Positions 20,884-32,492 of a DNA stretch of 64,000 bases are shown in pieces. The stretch comes from Cytophagia bacterium (GTDB lineage: Bacteria > Bacteroidota > Bacteroidia > UBA7662). Position 1 is the first letter of the stretch; the number at the start of each line of letters is the position of its first letter. A program made the position numbers and the translations under genes. Below the pieces are notes generated by a model, which was given only the letters and a program-made list of their open reading frames with translations, had not been told where the DNA came from and did not search any database. The DNA lies in contig RFOZ01000001.1 in assembly GCA_009926405.1 (NCBI GenBank), positions 3,261-67,260 on the forward strand, read 5' to 3'.

Positions 20884-21501
20884 ATGTCAGGTATTATTGG
20901 TAAGAAAATTGGTATGACCTCCGTCTTTGCAGCGGATGGTGCAATGATTCCCTGTACTGTTCTGGAAGCGGGCCCTTGTGTTGTAACGCAGGTCCGCACC
21001 AAGGACAAGGACGGGTATGAAGCGGTGCAATTGGCCTTTGGTGATCGCAAGGAGAAATCCTCCACGCAGCCACTGATTGGCCACTTCAAAAAAGCCGGTA
21101 CGGGCCCCAAAGCCAAAGTAACCGAGTTCCGTGGTTTCGACAAGGACCTTCAACTGGGAGACCAAGTGGATGTGACCCTCTTCAAGGAGGGCGATTCCGT
21201 GGATGTCATTGGTGAGACCAAGGGTAAAGGTTTCCAAGGGGTCGTTAAGCGTCACGGTTTTGGTGGTGTCGGCGGTCAAACCCACGGTCAGCACAACCGC
21301 CTCCGTGCTCCCGGTTCTTTGGGTGCTTCTTCGTTCCCCAGCCGCGTTTTCAAAGGAATGCGGATGGCCGGTCAAACCGGTAACGTTCGCCGCACTGCTC
21401 AGAATTTGCAAATTGTTAAAGTTTATCCCGAGCAAAATCTCCTCGTTGTCAAAGGCTCCGTTCCCGGTGCTAATGGCTCTTGGGTTTTGGTTCAGAAATA
21501 A
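20884..21501 (+). CDS. rplC: 50S ribosomal protein L3
   Basis: Start at [15 protein letters not shown]. Conserved L3 core. Confidence 0.92.
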   Translation: MSGIIGKKIGMTSVFAADGAMIPCTVLEAGPCVVTQVRTKDKDGYEAVQLAFGDRKEKSSTQPLIGHFKKAGTGPKAKVTEFRGFDKDLQLGDQVDVTLFKEGDSVDVIGETKGKGFQGVVKRHGFGGVGGQTHGQHNRLRAPGSLGASSFPSRVFKGMRMAGQTGNVRRTAQNLQIVKVYPEQNLLVVKGSVPGANGSWVLVQK

Positions 21502-21517
21502 TTCATTCGCCTACGTC

Positions 21518-22144
21518 ATGGAAACCGCCGTTTATTCCCGCTCAGGCCAGGCCACCGATCGCAAAGTGGTTCTGGATGATCAGGTTTTTTGTTCAGAGCC
21601 CAACGACCACGCCATTTATTTGGACGTGAAGTTGCATCTCGCCAATCGTCGCCAGGGTACTGCCAAGGCCAAGGAAAGATCCGAAATGAGCGGCTCAACC
21701 CGCAAGCTATTCCGTCAAAAGGGAACCGGTGGCGCACGCCGCGGGGATATCAACAGCCCTTTGATGTACGGTGGTGCTCGCGTTTTTGGTCCGAAGCCAC
21801 GGGATTATTCCTTCAAGCTCAACAAAAAGTTGCGACAGCTGGCTCGTCGTTCGGCTCTCTCTTACAAAGTGCAGGGTAACCAGCTTTTTGTGGTGGAGGA
21901 TTTTTCGATGGACTCCCCCAAAACCAAAGATTTCATGACGCTCATCCGGAATTTTTCGTTGGATGGACGACGCGTATTGTTGGTTACCGGTGAAAATCAG
22001 CCTAACCTGGTTCTTTCCGGTCGCAACATCCCCAATGCTCGTGTCATGATTGCCCAGGATTTGAATACCTACGATGTGATGAATGCACACTGTCTGCTCG
22101 TTCAGCAGAGCGCTGTGGCCAAAATTCAGGAAACCCTCCTCTAA
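21518..22144 (+). CDS. rplD: 50S ribosomal protein L4
   Basis: Start at METAVYSRSGQ after the rplC stop. The listed ORF start lies inside rplC in another frame. Confidence 0.9.
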   Translation: METAVYSRSGQATDRKVVLDDQVFCSEPNDHAIYLDVKLHLANRRQGTAKAKERSEMSGSTRKLFRQKGTGGARRGDINSPLMYGGARVFGPKPRDYSFKLNKKLRQLARRSALSYKVQGNQLFVVEDFSMDSPKTKDFMTLIRNFSLDGRRVLLVTGENQPNLVLSGRNIPNARVMIAQDLNTYDVMNAHCLLVQQSAVAKIQETLL

Positions 22145-22152
22145 TACAAGTT

Positions 22153-22443
22153 ATGGAAACCCTCAAAAAACCGGTGGTAACCGAAAAGATGACCCGTTTA
22201 ACGGAAAAGCATCAACAATATGCTTTTCGGGTTGATAAGCGTGCCAACAAGATCCAAATCCGGACCGCTGTTGAAAGCATGTACGGTGTTACGGTGGAAT
22301 CGGTGAATACCATGCGCTATGCAGGGGATACCCGCAGTCGCAGCACCAAATCGGGCATCCTCCGCGGTCGCACCGATTCCTTCAAAAAAGCTATTGTTAC
22401 CCTCAAAGCCGGGGATAGTATCGATTATTACGCCGGCCTCTAA
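22153..22443 (+). CDS. rplW: 50S ribosomal protein L23
   Basis: 96 aa, S10 operon position, L23 fold sequence. Confidence 0.9.
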   Translation: METLKKPVVTEKMTRLTEKHQQYAFRVDKRANKIQIRTAVESMYGVTVESVNTMRYAGDTRSRSTKSGILRGRTDSFKKAIVTLKAGDSIDYYAGL

Positions 22444-22452
22444 ATCATTGCT

Positions 22453-23277
22453 ATGTCAGTCAAACGATTCAAACCGCTAACCCCGGGTCTTCGCTTTAAG
22501 GTAGCCAACACCTTTGCGGAGTTGACCACGGACAAGCCTGAGAAGTCCTTGTTGGCTCCTCTATCCAAGTCCGGGGGTCGAAACAGGGATGGCAAAATGA
22601 CCATGCGCTACATTGGCGGTGGTCACAAGAAAATGTACCGGATGGTGGATTTTCGTCGGGATAAGGTGGATATTCCAGCCACCGTCAAGACGATTGAATA
22701 CGATCCCAATCGTTCTGCTTTTATTGCCCTTTTGTTTTATGCGGATGGTGAGAAGCGCTACATTCTAGCCCCCAAGGGTTTGAAGGTGGGAACAACGGTG
22801 ATGTCCGGCAAGAATGCAACGCCTGATGCAGGAAACTGTTTGTATCTCTCCCAAATTCCTTTGGGTTCCAGCATTCATAACATTGAATTACGTCCTGGTC
22901 GTGGAGGTCAAATGGTCCGTTCGGCCGGTGGCTCAGCCATTCTCGCCGCCCGCGATGGCCAATACGCCATTATCAAATTGCCTTCCGGTGAAACCAGGAT
23001 GGTATTGCAAGCGTGCATGGCTACCATGGGCGTTTTGTCCAACGAGGACCATCTTTTGGAAATTAGCGGTAAAGCCGGTCGCTCGCGCTGGTTGGGTCGT
23101 CGTCCAAGGGTCCGTGGTGTTGCCATGAACCCTGTTGACCACCCCATGGGTGGTGGTGAGGGCCGTGCATCCGGTGGACACCCACGCTCTCGCAATAGCA
23201 TTCCTTCGAAGGGTTACAAAACCCGTCGTGGAAAACGTCCTTCGGATCGTCTAATCATCAAACGTCGTACCAACTAA
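22453..23277 (+). CDS. rplB: 50S ribosomal protein L2
   Basis: 274 aa with conserved GRNxxGxITxRHxGGGHK-like region and C-terminal basic tail. Confidence 0.95.
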   Translation: MSVKRFKPLTPGLRFKVANTFAELTTDKPEKSLLAPLSKSGGRNRDGKMTMRYIGGGHKKMYRMVDFRRDKVDIPATVKTIEYDPNRSAFIALLFYADGEKRYILAPKGLKVGTTVMSGKNATPDAGNCLYLSQIPLGSSIHNIELRPGRGGQMVRSAGGSAILAARDGQYAIIKLPSGETRMVLQACMATMGVLSNEDHLLEISGKAGRSRWLGRRPRVRGVAMNPVDHPMGGGEGRASGGHPRSRNSIPSKGYKTRRGKRPSDRLIIKRRTN

Positions 23278-23304
23278 TTTAATAACGCAATCTACCTCAT
23301 CGTT

Positions 23305-23571
23305 ATGCCTCGTTCCCTCAAAAAAGGCCCCTTCATTGAATACACCCTCGAGCGTAAAATCGAGGCGATGAACAACGGTGCCAAAAAAACCGTGGTTAAA
23401 ACATGGTCTCGACGCTCCATGGTAATTCCCGAATTTGTCGGTCACACCATCGCAGTCCATAATGGCAACAAGTTTATCCCTGTTTATGTAACCGAAAACA
23501 TGGTTGGACACAAGCTGGGTGAATTTTCTCCAACCCGTACGTTCCGGGGTCACTCCGGTAACCGCAAATAA
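23305..23571 (+). CDS. rpsS: 30S ribosomal protein S19
   Basis: 88 aa, [10 protein letters not shown]... conserved. Confidence 0.95.
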   Translation: MPRSLKKGPFIEYTLERKIEAMNNGAKKTVVKTWSRRSMVIPEFVGHTIAVHNGNKFIPVYVTENMVGHKLGEFSPTRTFRGHSGNRK

Positions 23572-23579
23572 TCGACGCT

Positions 23580-23939
23580 ATGGAAGCCAAAGCTATACTT
23601 AGGGACTGCCCTACCTCCCCTCAAAAGATGCGTTTGCTGGCCGATATGATTCGCGGTCGCAAAGTGGATCAGGCTCAAGGCTTGTTGAAGTTTTCCAAAA
23701 AGGAAGCTTCAGCCCGTCTCGAAAAGCTGCTGATGTCCGCTGTTGCTAATTGGGAACGCAAGAACGAAGACCTCAGCCTTGAATCAGCGGAACTCTACGT
23801 CAAGCAGATTTTTGTGGACGGTGGAAAGATGCTCAAGCGCCTTCGTCCAGCTCCTCAGGGCCGTGGTCACCGCATTCTCAAAAGATCCAATCATATCACT
23901 ATCGTGGTTGACGCCACGAACAACTCCGAAAACGCCTAA
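23580..23939 (+). CDS. rplV: 50S ribosomal protein L22
   Basis: 119 aa, S10 operon order. Confidence 0.9.
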   Translation: MEAKAILRDCPTSPQKMRLLADMIRGRKVDQAQGLLKFSKKEASARLEKLLMSAVANWERKNEDLSLESAELYVKQIFVDGGKMLKRLRPAPQGRGHRILKRSNHITIVVDATNNSENA

Positions 23940-23943
23940 TCAA

Positions 23944-24732
23944 ATGGGACAGAAAACCAATCCAATCAGCCTAAGGCTGGGATACATCAAAGGCTGGGAC
24001 TCCAACTGGTTTGGCGGCAAGAACTACGCCGACAAAATTCTAGAGGACGACAAAATCCGCCGTTATTTGAGCGCGCGCATCAACAACAGTGGTATTTCCA
24101 AGTTGGTGATTGAGCGTACCCTCAAACGGATTATCATCACCATTCACACCAGTCGTCCAGGCATTGTCATCGGAAAAGGTGGCCAAGAAGTTGATAAGAT
24201 CAAAGAAGAAATCAAGAAGCTCACCCAAAAGGAGATTCAGATTAACATTCACGAAATCAAGAAGCCTGAGTTAGAGGCTGCTTTGGTTGCCGAAGGGATT
24301 GCTCGTCAGCTCGAAGGGCGTGTTTCTTTCCGTCGTGCGATGAAGATGGCCCTGGCTTCAACCATGCGTCTGAATGCCGAAGGCATCAAGGTCATGGTTT
24401 CGGGTCGATTGGGCGGCGCTGAAATTGCCAGAACGGAACAATACAAAGAAGGACGTATTCCACTGCACACGCTTCGTGCTGATATCGATTACGCGCTCAA
24501 AGAAGCCCAAACCGTTTACGGAAAAATTGGGGTTAAAGTTTGGATTTGTCGCGGTGAAGTTTTCGGCAAGCGCGATTTGTCCCCCAATGTTGGGGTCAGT
24601 GCAGGAGGTGGTCGTTCCGAACAAGGTGGTGGTCGTGGAGACCGTCCCGGTGGTGGTCGCGGTGATCGCCGTGGTCCCCGTGGTGAAGGACGCTCCGAAG
24701 GGCGTGGGGGTGATCGCCGCAACAGAAGCTAA
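23944..24732 (+). CDS. rpsC: 30S ribosomal protein S3 with Arg/Gly-rich C-terminal tail
   Basis: Start at [13 protein letters not shown], the canonical S3 N-terminus. KH domain. A roughly 45 aa GGR/RGD-rich tail. Confidence 0.9.
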   Translation: MGQKTNPISLRLGYIKGWDSNWFGGKNYADKILEDDKIRRYLSARINNSGISKLVIERTLKRIIITIHTSRPGIVIGKGGQEVDKIKEEIKKLTQKEIQINIHEIKKPELEAALVAEGIARQLEGRVSFRRAMKMALASTMRLNAEGIKVMVSGRLGGAEIARTEQYKEGRIPLHTLRADIDYALKEAQTVYGKIGVKVWICRGEVFGKRDLSPNVGVSAGGGRSEQGGGRGDRPGGGRGDRRGPRGEGRSEGRGGDRRNRS

Positions 24733-24743
24733 AGGAAATTGAT

Positions 24744-25178
24744 ATGTTACAACCAAAAAGAACCAAATTTCGCAAAACCCACAAGGGTCGCGTTCACGGG
24801 ATGGCTACCCGCGGGGCCGAATTGTCCTTCGGTAGTTTTGGACTCAAATCTCTGGAGGCCAAATGGATTACCTCTCGGCAAATCGAGTCTGCTCGTATTG
24901 CGGTGACTCGTTTTATGAAGAGGGAAGGCCAGGTATGGATCCGTATTTTCCCGGATAAGCCGATTACCAAAAAGCCCGCAGAAGTCCGTATGGGTAAGGG
25001 TAAGGGTGCACCCGAATATTGGGTGGCTGTTGTCAAACCCGGGACCCTGATTTTTGAAGCCGAAGGTGTTCCCTTGGAAATTGCACGCGAAGCATTGCGC
25101 TTGGCAGCTCAGAAACTCCCTGTTTCAACCTCCTTTGTGGTTCGTCGCGATTATGTTACCGAAGCCAAAAGCGCCTAA
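24744..25178 (+). CDS. rplP: 50S ribosomal protein L16
   Basis: [11 protein letters not shown]... conserved. Confidence 0.95.
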   Translation: MLQPKRTKFRKTHKGRVHGMATRGAELSFGSFGLKSLEAKWITSRQIESARIAVTRFMKREGQVWIRIFPDKPITKKPAEVRMGKGKGAPEYWVAVVKPGTLIFEAEGVPLEIAREALRLAAQKLPVSTSFVVRRDYVTEAKSA

Positions 25179-25211
25179 TCGTTTTCATCGTACCCTGTAG
25201 ACCGTTTTATC

Positions 25212-25415
25212 ATGAAGAATACCGACCTCACCGCTCTCTCCGTTACCGATTTGCAGGAGCGTATCCGTGACGAAAAAGCCAATTTGCATAAAATGCGCTT
25301 CAATCATGCGGTATCAGCCGTGGAAAATCCCATGCGGATTCGTCAAAGCCGCCGTGAAGTGGCCCGGATGATGACCGAACTCAACGCCCGCCAACGCTCG
25401 AACAACAACGCATAA
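25212..25415 (+). CDS. rpmC: 50S ribosomal protein L29
   Basis: 67 aa helical protein in the canonical position. Confidence 0.85.
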   Translation: MKNTDLTALSVTDLQERIRDEKANLHKMRFNHAVSAVENPMRIRQSRREVARMMTELNARQRSNNNA

Positions 25416-25425
25416 CCTACCATTC

Positions 25426-25734
25426 ATGGAAGATTTGAATACGCCTGCGGTATCGCCCGCTCAGACATCGACGGCCGACCAGCCACGTCGCTTTCGCAAA
25501 GAGAAAGTAGGGGTGGTGGTTTCCAACAAAATGAATAAGTCCATCACGATTTCGGTGGAGAAGAAGGTGAAGGATAGCATGTACCACAAGTTCATGAAGA
25601 GTTCACGCAAATTCATGGCCCACGATGAGGAGAATACTTGCAATGTTGGCGATCGTGTTCGGATTGTTGAAACCCGTCCATTGAGCAAAAACAAATGCTG
25701 GCGCCTCGTAGAAGTTATCGAAAGAGCGAAGTAA
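25426..25734 (+). CDS. rpsQ: 30S ribosomal protein S17
   Basis: OB-fold S17 core ([17 protein letters not shown]) with a roughly 20 aa N-terminal extension. Confidence 0.9.
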   Translation: MEDLNTPAVSPAQTSTADQPRRFRKEKVGVVVSNKMNKSITISVEKKVKDSMYHKFMKSSRKFMAHDEENTCNVGDRVRIVETRPLSKNKCWRLVEVIERAK

Positions 25735-25771
25735 TCCACCCTCTACAACCCTTTACAGAAAAGACCCTACC

Positions 25772-26140
25772 ATGGTACAACAGGAAAGTCGCTTAGCCGT
25801 AGCCGATAACAGCGGCGCCAAAGAAGTTCTTTGCATCCGCGTTTTGGGCGGAACCGGCAAACGCTACGCCAGCGTTGGCGACAAAATCGTCGTTTCCATT
25901 AAATCGGCCATTCCGACCGGCAATGCCAAAAAAGGCACGGTGTCCAAGGCCGTTGTCGTTCGGACTGCCAAAGAAGTACGTCGTCGGGATGGTTCTTACA
26001 TACGTTTTGACGACAACGCGGTTGTTTTGTTGAATGCGCAGGACGAGCCTCGTGGTACCCGCATCTTTGGCCCTGTGGCCAGGGAGCTGCGTGAAAAGCA
26101 ATTCATGAAGATTGTTTCACTGGCCCCGGAAGTCCTCTAA
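25772..26140 (+). CDS. rplN: 50S ribosomal protein L14
   Basis: 122 aa, [17 protein letters not shown]... highly conserved. Confidence 0.95.
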   Translation: MVQQESRLAVADNSGAKEVLCIRVLGGTGKRYASVGDKIVVSIKSAIPTGNAKKGTVSKAVVVRTAKEVRRRDGSYIRFDDNAVVLLNAQDEPRGTRIFGPVARELREKQFMKIVSLAPEVL

Positions 26141-26154
26141 GAATTTTTGATGTT

Positions 26155-26502
26155 ATGAAAAAGTCCAAGAATCACGAAACCCCTATTGCCAAGCCAAAAC
26201 TCCGGAAGGGAGATTTGGTGCAGGTGATTGCCGGTGATAACCGCGGCAAACAAGGTCGCATCCTTCAAATGGTCCGCGAAACGAATCGTGCCGTTGTTGA
26301 AGGTCTCAATATGGTCAGCCGTCACACCAAGCCCTCCGCGGCTTCGCCCAACGGAGGCATTATCAAGAAAGAAGCGCCGATACATTTGTCCAACCTACAA
26401 TTGGTTGTGGCCGGTAAACCAACCCGTGTCGGACGCAAAACCAACGAGGCCGGAGATCTGGTCCGTTTCGCCAAATCCAACCAGGAAATTATCCCGTCAT
26501 GA
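26155..26502 (+). CDS. rplX: 50S ribosomal protein L24
   Basis: KOW motif [19 protein letters not shown]. Confidence 0.9.
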   Translation: MKKSKNHETPIAKPKLRKGDLVQVIAGDNRGKQGRILQMVRETNRAVVEGLNMVSRHTKPSAASPNGGIIKKEAPIHLSNLQLVVAGKPTRVGRKTNEAGDLVRFAKSNQEIIPS

Positions 26503-27056
26503 GCTATCAGGTACGACTTAAAGTCAAATACAACACGGAGGTCGTTGCAGCCCTCAAGGAGAAGTTTGGATACAAAAACATCATGGAGGTTCCACGCCTC
26601 ACCAAAATTTGTATCAATCAAGGAGTTGGTGCCGCGGTTTCTGATAAGAAGTTAATCGACAATGCCCTGGGTGAAATTACCCAAATCACCGGGCAGAAGC
26701 CGATCGCTACCTTGTCCCGCAAGGCCATCTCCAATTTTAAGCTTCGCGAAAAAATGCCGATTGGCGTCAAGGTTACTTTGCGCAATGAACGCATGTACGA
26801 GTTTCTCGATCGTTTGGTTGCTGTGGCTTTGCCCCGCGTACGCGATTTCAAAGGCATTCCTGCCAAAGGGTTTGATGGCCGTGGCAATTACACCTTGGGT
26901 GTTACAGAACAGATTATTTTCCCGGAGATTAACATTGACAAAGTCAACAAGATCAACGGTATGCACATCACTTTTGTTACAACGGCCCGCAACGACGAAG
27001 AAGCCAAGGCGCTTCTGGCCGAACTAGGTCTTCCCTTCAAATCTTCAAAGAACTAA
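26499..27056 (+). CDS. rplE: 50S ribosomal protein L5
   Basis: 185 aa, conserved L5. Confidence 0.95.
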   Translation: MSYQVRLKVKYNTEVVAALKEKFGYKNIMEVPRLTKICINQGVGAAVSDKKLIDNALGEITQITGQKPIATLSRKAISNFKLREKMPIGVKVTLRNERMYEFLDRLVAVALPRVRDFKGIPAKGFDGRGNYTLGVTEQIIFPEINIDKVNKINGMHITFVTTARNDEEAKALLAELGLPFKSSKN

Positions 27057-27059
27057 ATC

Positions 27060-27329
27060 ATGGCCAAAGAAGGTATCAAAGCCCGCGATAAGAAACGCCT
27101 CAAAACCGTTGAGCGCTACGCAGCTAAGCGTAAAGCTCTCAAAGAGGCCGGTGATGTTTTGGGCTTGCAGAAGCTACCACGCAATGCTTCTCCCGTTCGC
27201 ATTCACAATCGTTGCAGCATCTCCGGTCGCCCCCGGGGCTTTATGCGTCAGTTCGGCATCTCAAGGGTCTTGTTCCGCAAGATGGCTTCAGCCGGCTTGA
27301 TTCCTGGTGTTACAAAAGCCTCCTGGTAA
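27060..27329 (+). CDS. rpsN: 30S ribosomal protein S14 (non-zinc type)
   Basis: 89 aa, C-terminal [14 protein letters not shown] motif. Confidence 0.9.
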   Translation: MAKEGIKARDKKRLKTVERYAAKRKALKEAGDVLGLQKLPRNASPVRIHNRCSISGRPRGFMRQFGISRVLFRKMASAGLIPGVTKASW

Positions 27330-27360
27330 ACCTACAATTTGAATTTACGACCCGTATTTT

Positions 27361-27756
27361 ATGACTGATCCAATTGCCGATTACCTAACCCGCCTGCGCA
27401 ATGCGCTCAAGGCCCGTCATCGTATTGTCGAAATCCCGGCCTCGAACACCAAAAAAGCCATTACCCAGGTTCTTTTTGAGAAAGGCTACATTGCCAACTA
27501 CAAATTTGAGGATGAAGGCCCCCAGGGTCACATCAAAATTGCCCTCAAGTACATTCCAGGTACCGGTGAGCCTGTTATCCAAAAGCTTACCCGTGTTAGT
27601 CGCCCAGGCCTACGCCTTTACAAAGGCGTTGAGGACATGCCAAGGGTAATAAACGGACTTGGTATCGCTATTCTTTCCACCAACAAGGGAATCATGACCG
27701 ACAAAGAAGCCAAAAGGCTGAATGTCGGAGGTGAAGTTCTCTGTTACGTATCCTAA
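27361..27756 (+). CDS. rpsH: 30S ribosomal protein S8
   Basis: 131 aa, MTDPIADYLTRLRNA conserved start. Confidence 0.95.
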   Translation: MTDPIADYLTRLRNALKARHRIVEIPASNTKKAITQVLFEKGYIANYKFEDEGPQGHIKIALKYIPGTGEPVIQKLTRVSRPGLRLYKGVEDMPRVINGLGIAILSTNKGIMTDKEAKRLNVGGEVLCYVS

Positions 27757-27787
27757 ACCGGTCAACCTAAGTACCAACAAACGCATC

Positions 27788-28342
27788 ATGTCACGAATAG
27801 GCAAGCTTCCGCTCCGTATTCCCTCCGGGGTTCAGGTCCTCATGGACAAGAACCATGTTACCGTGAAGGGCCCCAAAGGTGAATTGTCCCGTACGGTCGA
27901 TCCGGATATTCTTCTGGAGATGAACGACGGTGTTATCACGGTGAACCGTCCCACAGACAGCAAGCGTCATCGTGCGCTGCATGGTTTGTACCGGGCTCTT
28001 TTGGCCAACATGGTGCAGGGGGTATCCGAAGGTTACACCTTGCAACAAGAATTGGTGGGTGTTGGTTACCGTGCCAATGCCAACGGGCAATTGCTTGAAT
28101 TGGCCTTGGGTTTTTCGCATGAAATCGTTATGCAAATTCCCAAAGAAGTCAAATTAGCAACCGAGACGCTCAAGGGTAAGAACCCGATCATCACCCTCAG
28201 CAGCCATGACAAAGAATTGCTAGGTCAGGTTGCTGCCAAAATCCGTTCATTGCGTGCACCGGAGCCATACAAAGGCAAGGGTATTCGCTTTGTGAATGAA
28301 ATCATCCGCAAAAAAGCTGGTAAATCAGCTTCCAAGAAATAA
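27788..28342 (+). CDS. rplF: 50S ribosomal protein L6
   Basis: Start at [12 protein letters not shown] inside the longer ORF. Confidence 0.9.
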   Translation: MSRIGKLPLRIPSGVQVLMDKNHVTVKGPKGELSRTVDPDILLEMNDGVITVNRPTDSKRHRALHGLYRALLANMVQGVSEGYTLQQELVGVGYRANANGQLLELALGFSHEIVMQIPKEVKLATETLKGKNPIITLSSHDKELLGQVAAKIRSLRAPEPYKGKGIRFVNEIIRKKAGKSASKK

Positions 28343-28371
28343 TCGCTAATCCAAACTACCAAAAACTTCCC

Positions 28372-28728
28372 ATGGCCTACGACCGTACCGAACGCCGCTC
28401 CCGAATACACAGAGGGATACGCAAGAAAATCACCGGTTCCGGTGAGCGTCCCCGTTTATCGGTGTTTCGTTCCAATACCGAAATCTATGCCCAGATTATT
28501 GATGACGACCAAGGCCGTACCCTGTGCGCAGCTTCGACTCGTGAAAAATCCCTCAAGGGAATGAATGCCAAGCGCGTGGAGCAGTCCACCGCGGTTGGTA
28601 AGCTTTTGGCCGAAAAAGCCTTGGCTGCGGGTGTAACCAAAGTCGTTTTTGACCGCGGAGGATATTTGTATCACGGTCGGGTCAAGGCATTGGCTGAAGG
28701 TGCTCGAGAAGGTGGTCTTCAATTTTAA
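28372..28728 (+). CDS. rplR: 50S ribosomal protein L18
   Basis: 118 aa, spc operon position. Confidence 0.9.
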   Translation: MAYDRTERRSRIHRGIRKKITGSGERPRLSVFRSNTEIYAQIIDDDQGRTLCAASTREKSLKGMNAKRVEQSTAVGKLLAEKALAAGVTKVVFDRGGYLYHGRVKALAEGAREGGLQF

Positions 28729-28742
28729 ACTGAAATATTGTT

Positions 28743-29261
28743 ATGTCAACTACAGATATTCGCAGGGTTAAGGCCAGCGAGATAGAACTCAAAGACCGCT
28801 TGGTAAGCGTACAACGTGTAGCCAAGGTGACCAAAGGCGGTCGCACTTTTTCTTTTTCGGCCATTGTGGTCGTAGGAGACGAGCAGGGAATTGTAGGCTA
28901 CGGCCTCGGCAAAGCCAAGGAAGTATCCGAAGCGATTGCCAAGGGCATTGATGATGCGAAGAAATCCTTGATCAAGGTTCCGGTCTTCAAAGGCACGATA
29001 CCCCACGAAGCCGAAGGCAAATTCGGAGGAGGTTTGGTCTTTATCAAACCGGCAACCCATGGTACGGGTGTTATTGCCGGTGGTGCGATGCGTGCCGTTT
29101 TGGAAAGCGCCGGGATTACCGACGTTTTGGCCAAATCCAAGGGTTCATCCAACCCGCACAACGTAGTAAAGGCAACGATGGCGGCTCTTGGTGCCTTGCG
29201 TGATCCTCACACCGTTTCCCAGCATCGTTCGGTTTCGGTATCCAAAGTATTCAACGGTTAA
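28743..29261 (+). CDS. rpsE: 30S ribosomal protein S5
   Basis: 172 aa with the conserved S5 dsRBD-like region. Confidence 0.95.
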   Translation: MSTTDIRRVKASEIELKDRLVSVQRVAKVTKGGRTFSFSAIVVVGDEQGIVGYGLGKAKEVSEAIAKGIDDAKKSLIKVPVFKGTIPHEAEGKFGGGLVFIKPATHGTGVIAGGAMRAVLESAGITDVLAKSKGSSNPHNVVKATMAALGALRDPHTVSQHRSVSVSKVFNG

Positions 29262-29266
29262 TTGTT

Positions 29267-29446
29267 ATGGCAACTTTTCAAATTACCCAAGTCAAAAGCG
29301 CCATAGGCCGTACGGAGCGCCAAAAGCGCACCTTGGTGGCCTTGGGCCTCAAAAAAAACCAAAGCACCGTCCGTCAAGAGGGAACCCCTCAGGTTCTGGG
29401 CATGCTCGAAAAAGTTAAACATCTGGTAAAAATCGAGGAGATCTAA
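29267..29446 (+). CDS. rpmD: 50S ribosomal protein L30
   Basis: 59 aa ORF below the track cutoff: MATFQITQVKSAIGRTERQKRTLVALGLKKNQSTVRQEGTPQVLGMLEKVKHLVKIEEI. Expected position between rpsE and rplO. Confidence 0.8.
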   Translation: MATFQITQVKSAIGRTERQKRTLVALGLKKNQSTVRQEGTPQVLGMLEKVKHLVKIEEI

Positions 29447-29448
29447 TC

Positions 29449-29913
29449 ATGGACTTAAGTAAAATATCCCCTGCCGAGGGCAGTGTACATCGGACCAAGC
29501 GTATTGGTCGCGGTGAAGGTTCCGGCCGTGGTGGTACGTCCACCAAAGGGCACAAAGGAGCTCAAGCTCGTACGGGCTATTCTTCCAAGCCCGGTTTTGA
29601 AGGGGGACAGATGCCTCTCAAATTGCGGGTGCCAAAATTTGGTTTCAAGAGCCGCAACCGCGTTGAATACATCGCGGTCAATCTGGATCAATTGCAGGCA
29701 TTGCACGAAACCCACGGTGCATCTGAGATGAACCCCGCCTTTTTTGCGGAGCATGGTTTTGGTGCTTCCAGGGGTAGCAGGATCAAAATCCTGGGTCGCG
29801 GTGAATTGACCGGAGCCATCAAGGTCCAAGCCCATGCCTTCAGCGCTTCGGCCAAAGCCCGTATTGAAGCGGCTGGCGGTTCGGTTGCTGCGGTCCAAAC
29901 CACCTCCCATTAA
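29449..29913 (+). CDS. rplO: 50S ribosomal protein L15
   Basis: 154 aa, Gly/Arg-rich N-terminus typical of L15. Confidence 0.9.
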   Translation: MDLSKISPAEGSVHRTKRIGRGEGSGRGGTSTKGHKGAQARTGYSSKPGFEGGQMPLKLRVPKFGFKSRNRVEYIAVNLDQLQALHETHGASEMNPAFFAEHGFGASRGSRIKILGRGELTGAIKVQAHAFSASAKARIEAAGGSVAAVQTTSH

Positions 29914-29923
29914 GTCCTAACTC

Positions 29924-31291
29924 ATGAACAAACTCATCGAAACCCTTCGGAATATCTTCCGGATTGAGGAGTTGAAGGATCGGATTGTTCTGACCTTTGC
30001 CCTCCTTCTGGTTTACCGTTTGGGTTCTTACGTGGTTTTGCCCGGGGTCGATCCGGTCATCCTCGAGCGTTTGAACCCTACGGGCGGTTCCGCCGGTCTG
30101 ACCGGTTTGATCGATCTCTTTGCGGGTGGTGCATTTTCTCGTGCCTCCATTTTTGCGCTGGGTATCATGCCGTATATCTCGGCCTCCATCGTAGTCCAGT
30201 TAATGGGCATGGTGATTCCTTCTTTTCAGAAAATGATGAAAGAAGGTGAAAGCGGACGCAACAAAATCAATCAGATAACCCGGTACTTGACCATTGCCGT
30301 AACGGCTGCTCAGGCCATGGGCTTCTTGATTAACCTCAAAGCACAATCGCTTGACGCCATCATTCTGCGCTCAGGCGATACCCTGGATTTTTCCTTCGTT
30401 TTGTCTACCATTGTGGTCCTGACGGCTGGTACCATGTTCGTCATGTGGCTCGGTGAAAAAATCACCGACAAGGGTCTCGGCAACGGAACCTCCCTCATCA
30501 TCATGGTGGGTATCATTGCTCAATTACCCGATGCTCTGATCGCTGAGTTCCAGTTTCGTTCCGGAGCGGGGGGCGGGGGGCTTATTCCTTTCTTGGTTGA
30601 AATTGCCATGTTGGCCGTGGTGGTCGGACTCACCATTCTTTTGGTTCAGGGAACCCGCAAAATTCCACTTCAGGTCGCCAAGCGGGTCGTGGGGAACCGT
30701 GTTTACGGCGGTCAGCGCCAACACATTCCTATCAAGGTGAATGCTGCCGGTGTTATGCCCATCATTTTTGCCCAAGCCATTATGTTTTTGCCTGCGACAA
30801 TCGCTCAGTTTTTCCCTGAATCGGATTTTAGCGCCGGTGTGATGGCGGCCTTTGTGGACTATACCGGGGTAACCTACAACGTCGTTCTGGCTTTGCTCAT
30901 TGTTGTCTTCACGTATTTCTACACCTCGCTTTCGGTGAATGCCAACCAAATGGCCGAAGATCTAAAGCGCAATGGTGCATTTATTCCAGGTGTCAAACCA
31001 GGACGTAGCACGGCAGATTACATCGATGATGTTTTGGCTCGAATCACGCTTCCTGGTTCATTGTTCCTCGCCGGTGTTGCGATTTTGCCCGCTGTGGCGA
31101 TTATCCTGGGTGTCAATTCTCAGTTCGCACAATTTTACGGCGGAACCTCCTTGCTGATTTTGGTCGGTGTTATTTTGGATAGCCTGGCCCAGATTGAAAC
31201 CCATCTCCTCAACCGTCACTACGATGGATTGATGAAATCAGGGCGTATCAAGGGACGCTCCAACAATATTATGGAGGGCCCTAGAGCCTAA
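29924..31291 (+). CDS. secY: preprotein translocase subunit SecY
   Basis: 455 aa, 10 TM segments, conserved SecY motifs. Confidence 0.95.
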   Translation: MNKLIETLRNIFRIEELKDRIVLTFALLLVYRLGSYVVLPGVDPVILERLNPTGGSAGLTGLIDLFAGGAFSRASIFALGIMPYISASIVVQLMGMVIPSFQKMMKEGESGRNKINQITRYLTIAVTAAQAMGFLINLKAQSLDAIILRSGDTLDFSFVLSTIVVLTAGTMFVMWLGEKITDKGLGNGTSLIIMVGIIAQLPDALIAEFQFRSGAGGGGLIPFLVEIAMLAVVVGLTILLVQGTRKIPLQVAKRVVGNRVYGGQRQHIPIKVNAAGVMPIIFAQAIMFLPATIAQFFPESDFSAGVMAAFVDYTGVTYNVVLALLIVVFTYFYTSLSVNANQMAEDLKRNGAFIPGVKPGRSTADYIDDVLARITLPGSLFLAGVAILPAVAIILGVNSQFAQFYGGTSLLILVGVILDSLAQIETHLLNRHYDGLMKSGRIKGRSNNIMEGPRA

Positions 31292-31296
31292 AACTT

Positions 31297-31512
31297 ATGG
31301 CCAAGCAGACCTCCATCAAGCAAGACGGCATCATTCTCGAAGCCTTGTCCAACGCCATGTTTCGTGTCGAATTGGAGAACGGTCACGTGATTGTTTCCCA
31401 CATTTCGGGGAAGATGAGAATGAACTACATCAAGATTTTGCCTGGTGACAAAGTGCAGGTTGAAATGTCCCCTTACGATCTAACCAAAGGCCGTATTTGT
31501 TACCGCTATTAA
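31297..31512 (+). CDS. infA: translation initiation factor IF-1
   Basis: 71 aa S1-like OB fold ([30 protein letters not shown]). Confidence 0.95.
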   Translation: MAKQTSIKQDGIILEALSNAMFRVELENGHVIVSHISGKMRMNYIKILPGDKVQVEMSPYDLTKGRICYRY

Positions 31513-31538
31513 CCCCTTAACACCTCAACCGAGCGCAT

Positions 31539-31655
31539 ATGAAAGTTAAAGCCTCCGTCAAAAAAAGGAGCATAGAGTGCAAAGTGGTTCGCCGCAAAGG
31601 CAAGCTCTATGTCATTAACAAGAAGAACCCCAAGTTTAAACAAAGACAAGGATAA
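31539..31655 (+). CDS. rpmJ: 50S ribosomal protein L36
   Basis: 38 aa ORF below the track cutoff: [38 protein letters not shown]. Confidence 0.85.
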   Translation: MKVKASVKKRSIECKVVRRKGKLYVINKKNPKFKQRQG

Positions 31656-31657
31656 TT

Positions 31658-32035
31658 ATGGCAAGGATAGCTGGCATAGACCTGCCCCGTAACAAAAGAG
31701 GTGAAATCGGGCTCACCTACATCTATGGGATTGGACGCTCCTCCTCCCGCAAAATTCTGGCCAATGCCGGAGTGGACATGAACACCAAAGTGGGTGAATG
31801 GGATGACGAACAGCTCAACGCTATTCGTAAACTCATCACGGACGAGTTCAGGGTTGAGGGCGAGCTTCGTTCCGAGGTTCAACTAAACATCAAGCGATTG
31901 ATGGATATTGGTTGCTACCGAGGACAGCGGCACCGTAAAGGTCTCCCATTGCGCGGTCAGCGGACCAAGAACAATTCGCGTACCCGCAAAGGCAAACGCA
32001 AAACCGTGGCAAACAAGAAAAAGGTCACCAAGTAA
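31658..32035 (+). CDS. rpsM: 30S ribosomal protein S13
   Basis: [14 protein letters not shown]... conserved. Confidence 0.95.
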   Translation: MARIAGIDLPRNKRGEIGLTYIYGIGRSSSRKILANAGVDMNTKVGEWDDEQLNAIRKLITDEFRVEGELRSEVQLNIKRLMDIGCYRGQRHRKGLPLRGQRTKNNSRTRKGKRKTVANKKKVTK

Positions 32036-32059
32036 TTCTAATACAACCCAGAATCATTC

Positions 32060-32449
32060 ATGGCAAAATCAACCAAAGTCGTCAAAAAGCGTGTGGTCCG
32101 TGTGGATGCCACCGGTCAGGTGCATGTTCACTCCACATTCAACAACATTATCGTTTCGGTTACCAACGCCGAAGGTCAGGTGATTTCTTGGGCGTCCGCC
32201 GGCAAAGCCGGTTTCAAGGGCTCCAAGAAGAACACACCATACGCAGCCCAAGTGGCAGCGTCCGATTGTGCCAAAGTGGCCTACGACCTGGGTATGCGTC
32301 GCGCTGAAGTATTTGTGAAGGGACCCGGTGCAGGTCGTGAATCAGCGATTCGTGCTGTTTCCACCATTGGGATTGAGGTGACCGCCATCAACGATGTCAC
32401 TCCGATGCCTCACAACGGTTGCCGTCCCGCCAAACGCCGTCGCGTTTAA
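32060..32449 (+). CDS. rpsK: 30S ribosomal protein S11
   Basis: 129 aa conserved S11. Confidence 0.95.
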   Translation: MAKSTKVVKKRVVRVDATGQVHVHSTFNNIIVSVTNAEGQVISWASAGKAGFKGSKKNTPYAAQVAASDCAKVAYDLGMRRAEVFVKGPGAGRESAIRAVSTIGIEVTAINDVTPMPHNGCRPAKRRRV

Positions 32450-32492
32450 TTCCCTTACCCGTTTTATCCCTTTCTAACCATACGATACAACC

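Noticed and set aside
24358-24784. ORFs overlapping the rpsC 3' end on both strands with T/G/V-rich or H/D-rich translations
   Set aside because: Generated by the GC-rich RGG-encoding low-complexity segment of rpsC. No independent support.
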